A DNA stretch of 64,000 nt, taken from contig OZ336880.1 in NCBI GenBank assembly GCA_965287045.1, positions 73,408,001 to 73,472,000 of the forward strand. Reading direction: 5' to 3'. Positions 62,806 through 64,000 of this stretch are shown piece after piece. This stretch comes from Carcharhinus amblyrhynchos (Eukaryota). The notes under the pieces are model-generated. The model worked only from the letters and a program-made list of their open reading frames with translations. It was not told the DNA's origin and made no database searches. The position numbers were made by a program, and so were the translations under genes. Numbering within the stretch: the first letter of the stretch is position 1; the number at the start of each line of letters is the position of its first letter.

Positions 62806-63369
62806 AACATAAAAAAAGTTGAGGATTATCAAATTTACATTGAAGGAGAATGCTGCTTATCACTGAATTGTAACCAAATGACTGCATTCCAGTTATTGAC
62901 ACTATTATGTTGACATTAGGTTAAGAACATTTCAATTGTCCTCAGATAGTTGTGGAGGTATAATTTGTCCCCTAAATCATATTTTATACTCAAGCCACTT
63001 CAGATCTCAAATGTAACTGGTGTGATCCATCAATAAAGAATCCAAAGATTAAAACAAAACTAACCTGCATACTTAAATTGAAGAGATACCTGATCCAGGT
63101 TAGTGGACTGAGGAACTCCAAAAGCTGTCGTGTCACAGGATTCTAAATTGAAACTGAGCTCTTTGGTGCAACATTGGTTGCTCCAAATCTATCAAGTTTT
63201 GCATTGTTAGGTCACAGGGCTTGCAATTGCCCATGCACCGACTCAGCAATTTTAACAGTGCTATCCATAAGCAAGGTGAAGGGAGGAAAAATCAGGTCGG
63301 ACAATTCTTCTACAGTCCACATGACTACCTCATCATGCTCTATTTAAGTCAAGGCTAAGCACAGGTCAG

Positions 63370-63945
63370 AAGGCAGGAGACTTGTCCTTTTCTTGACTTA
63401 ATTGCATGATCCACTGTGCCTGCACCTACAGTCCAAATGAGCAACTCTCCCAGTGCAATCTCCCCACTTTCTTTCCATAACCCTGCACATTGTTCCTTTT
63501 CAGATAACAGACAAATTCCATCTCAAGTGCTTTATTTGAACCTGCCTCCACTACAGTCTCAGAGTGCATTCCAGAGCTTAACAATCTGCTGTGTCACTTT
63601 TGCTTCTTTTGCCAATTAGGGTTGTATCCTTTCTTTTGCCTTGTCCTTCCACACTCTTCCTACCAAAATAAATCCCTTCACATTTGCCCACATTGAACTT
63701 CATCTGTCACTTGTCTGCCCTTTTCACCAACTTGTTTATGGGCTGAACTTTCTGGTCCTTCCTGCCAGTGGAATCTTCTGGTCCCACCAAGTTGACTCTT
63801 GCTGTGGTTTACCTGGCGATGGAATAGGTGAGCCATACAAATTGCCATTATCTTTAACAGGACTGAAAGATCCACTACCAACCAATAACAAGCTGCACCC
63901 ACTGTAGGATAACTCATTGCAGAGAAGCTGGAAAATTTCATCCCT
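63370..63945. mobile_element. CR1 fragments (-) followed by a Harbinger-like MITE
   Basis: CR1-type reverse-strand text (ttgaacttcatctgtcacttgtctgccc); gggctgaactttc...ggaaaatttcatccc TIRs at about 63740-63944. Confidence 0.5.
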
Positions 63946-64000
63946 TTAGAACCTCTACACTAACCTTTTCACATTCATAATGCTTCCAAGTTTTGTGTCA

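Noticed and set aside
47315-64000. Next ARHGAP15 exon (GLDVDGIYRVSGNLA..)
   Set aside because: Searched by eye and not found; it probably lies beyond the window.

Overview
This is vertebrate genomic DNA, almost certainly from a cartilaginous fish (shark), judged by its repeat content: HE1-type V-SINEs, Deu-domain SINEs, CR1 tails and Penelope-like elements. It is not prokaryotic. The window lies inside one large + strand gene, best matching ARHGAP15 (Rac RhoGAP). Two coding exons are visible (7144-7266 and 47216-47314), joined in frame across a 39.9-kb GT-AG intron; I found no flanking exons in the window. The rest is intron filled with decayed transposons: CR1, L2, Rex-Babar and RTE LINEs, three SINE types, PIF/Harbinger-like MITEs, a Gypsy provirus with both LTRs, PBS, PPT and TSD, and a solo LTR. 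Most notable is a set of Penelope-derived units carrying minimal type I hammerhead ribozyme motifs: one intact copy, covarying stem II sequences, and palindromic one- and two-ribozyme mini-elements. Also notable are a V-SINE with a swapped, Rex-Babar-like 3' tail, two apparent local templated insertions, a CpG-rich transposon with NRF1 and E-box palindromes, and repeat-free TAAT-rich blocks that may be conserved enhancers of the ZEB2 regulatory block. Nearly all listed ORFs are spurious or transposon relics. Repeat family names come from motif recognition by eye, not database searches, and repeat boundaries are approximate unless a TSD is quoted.
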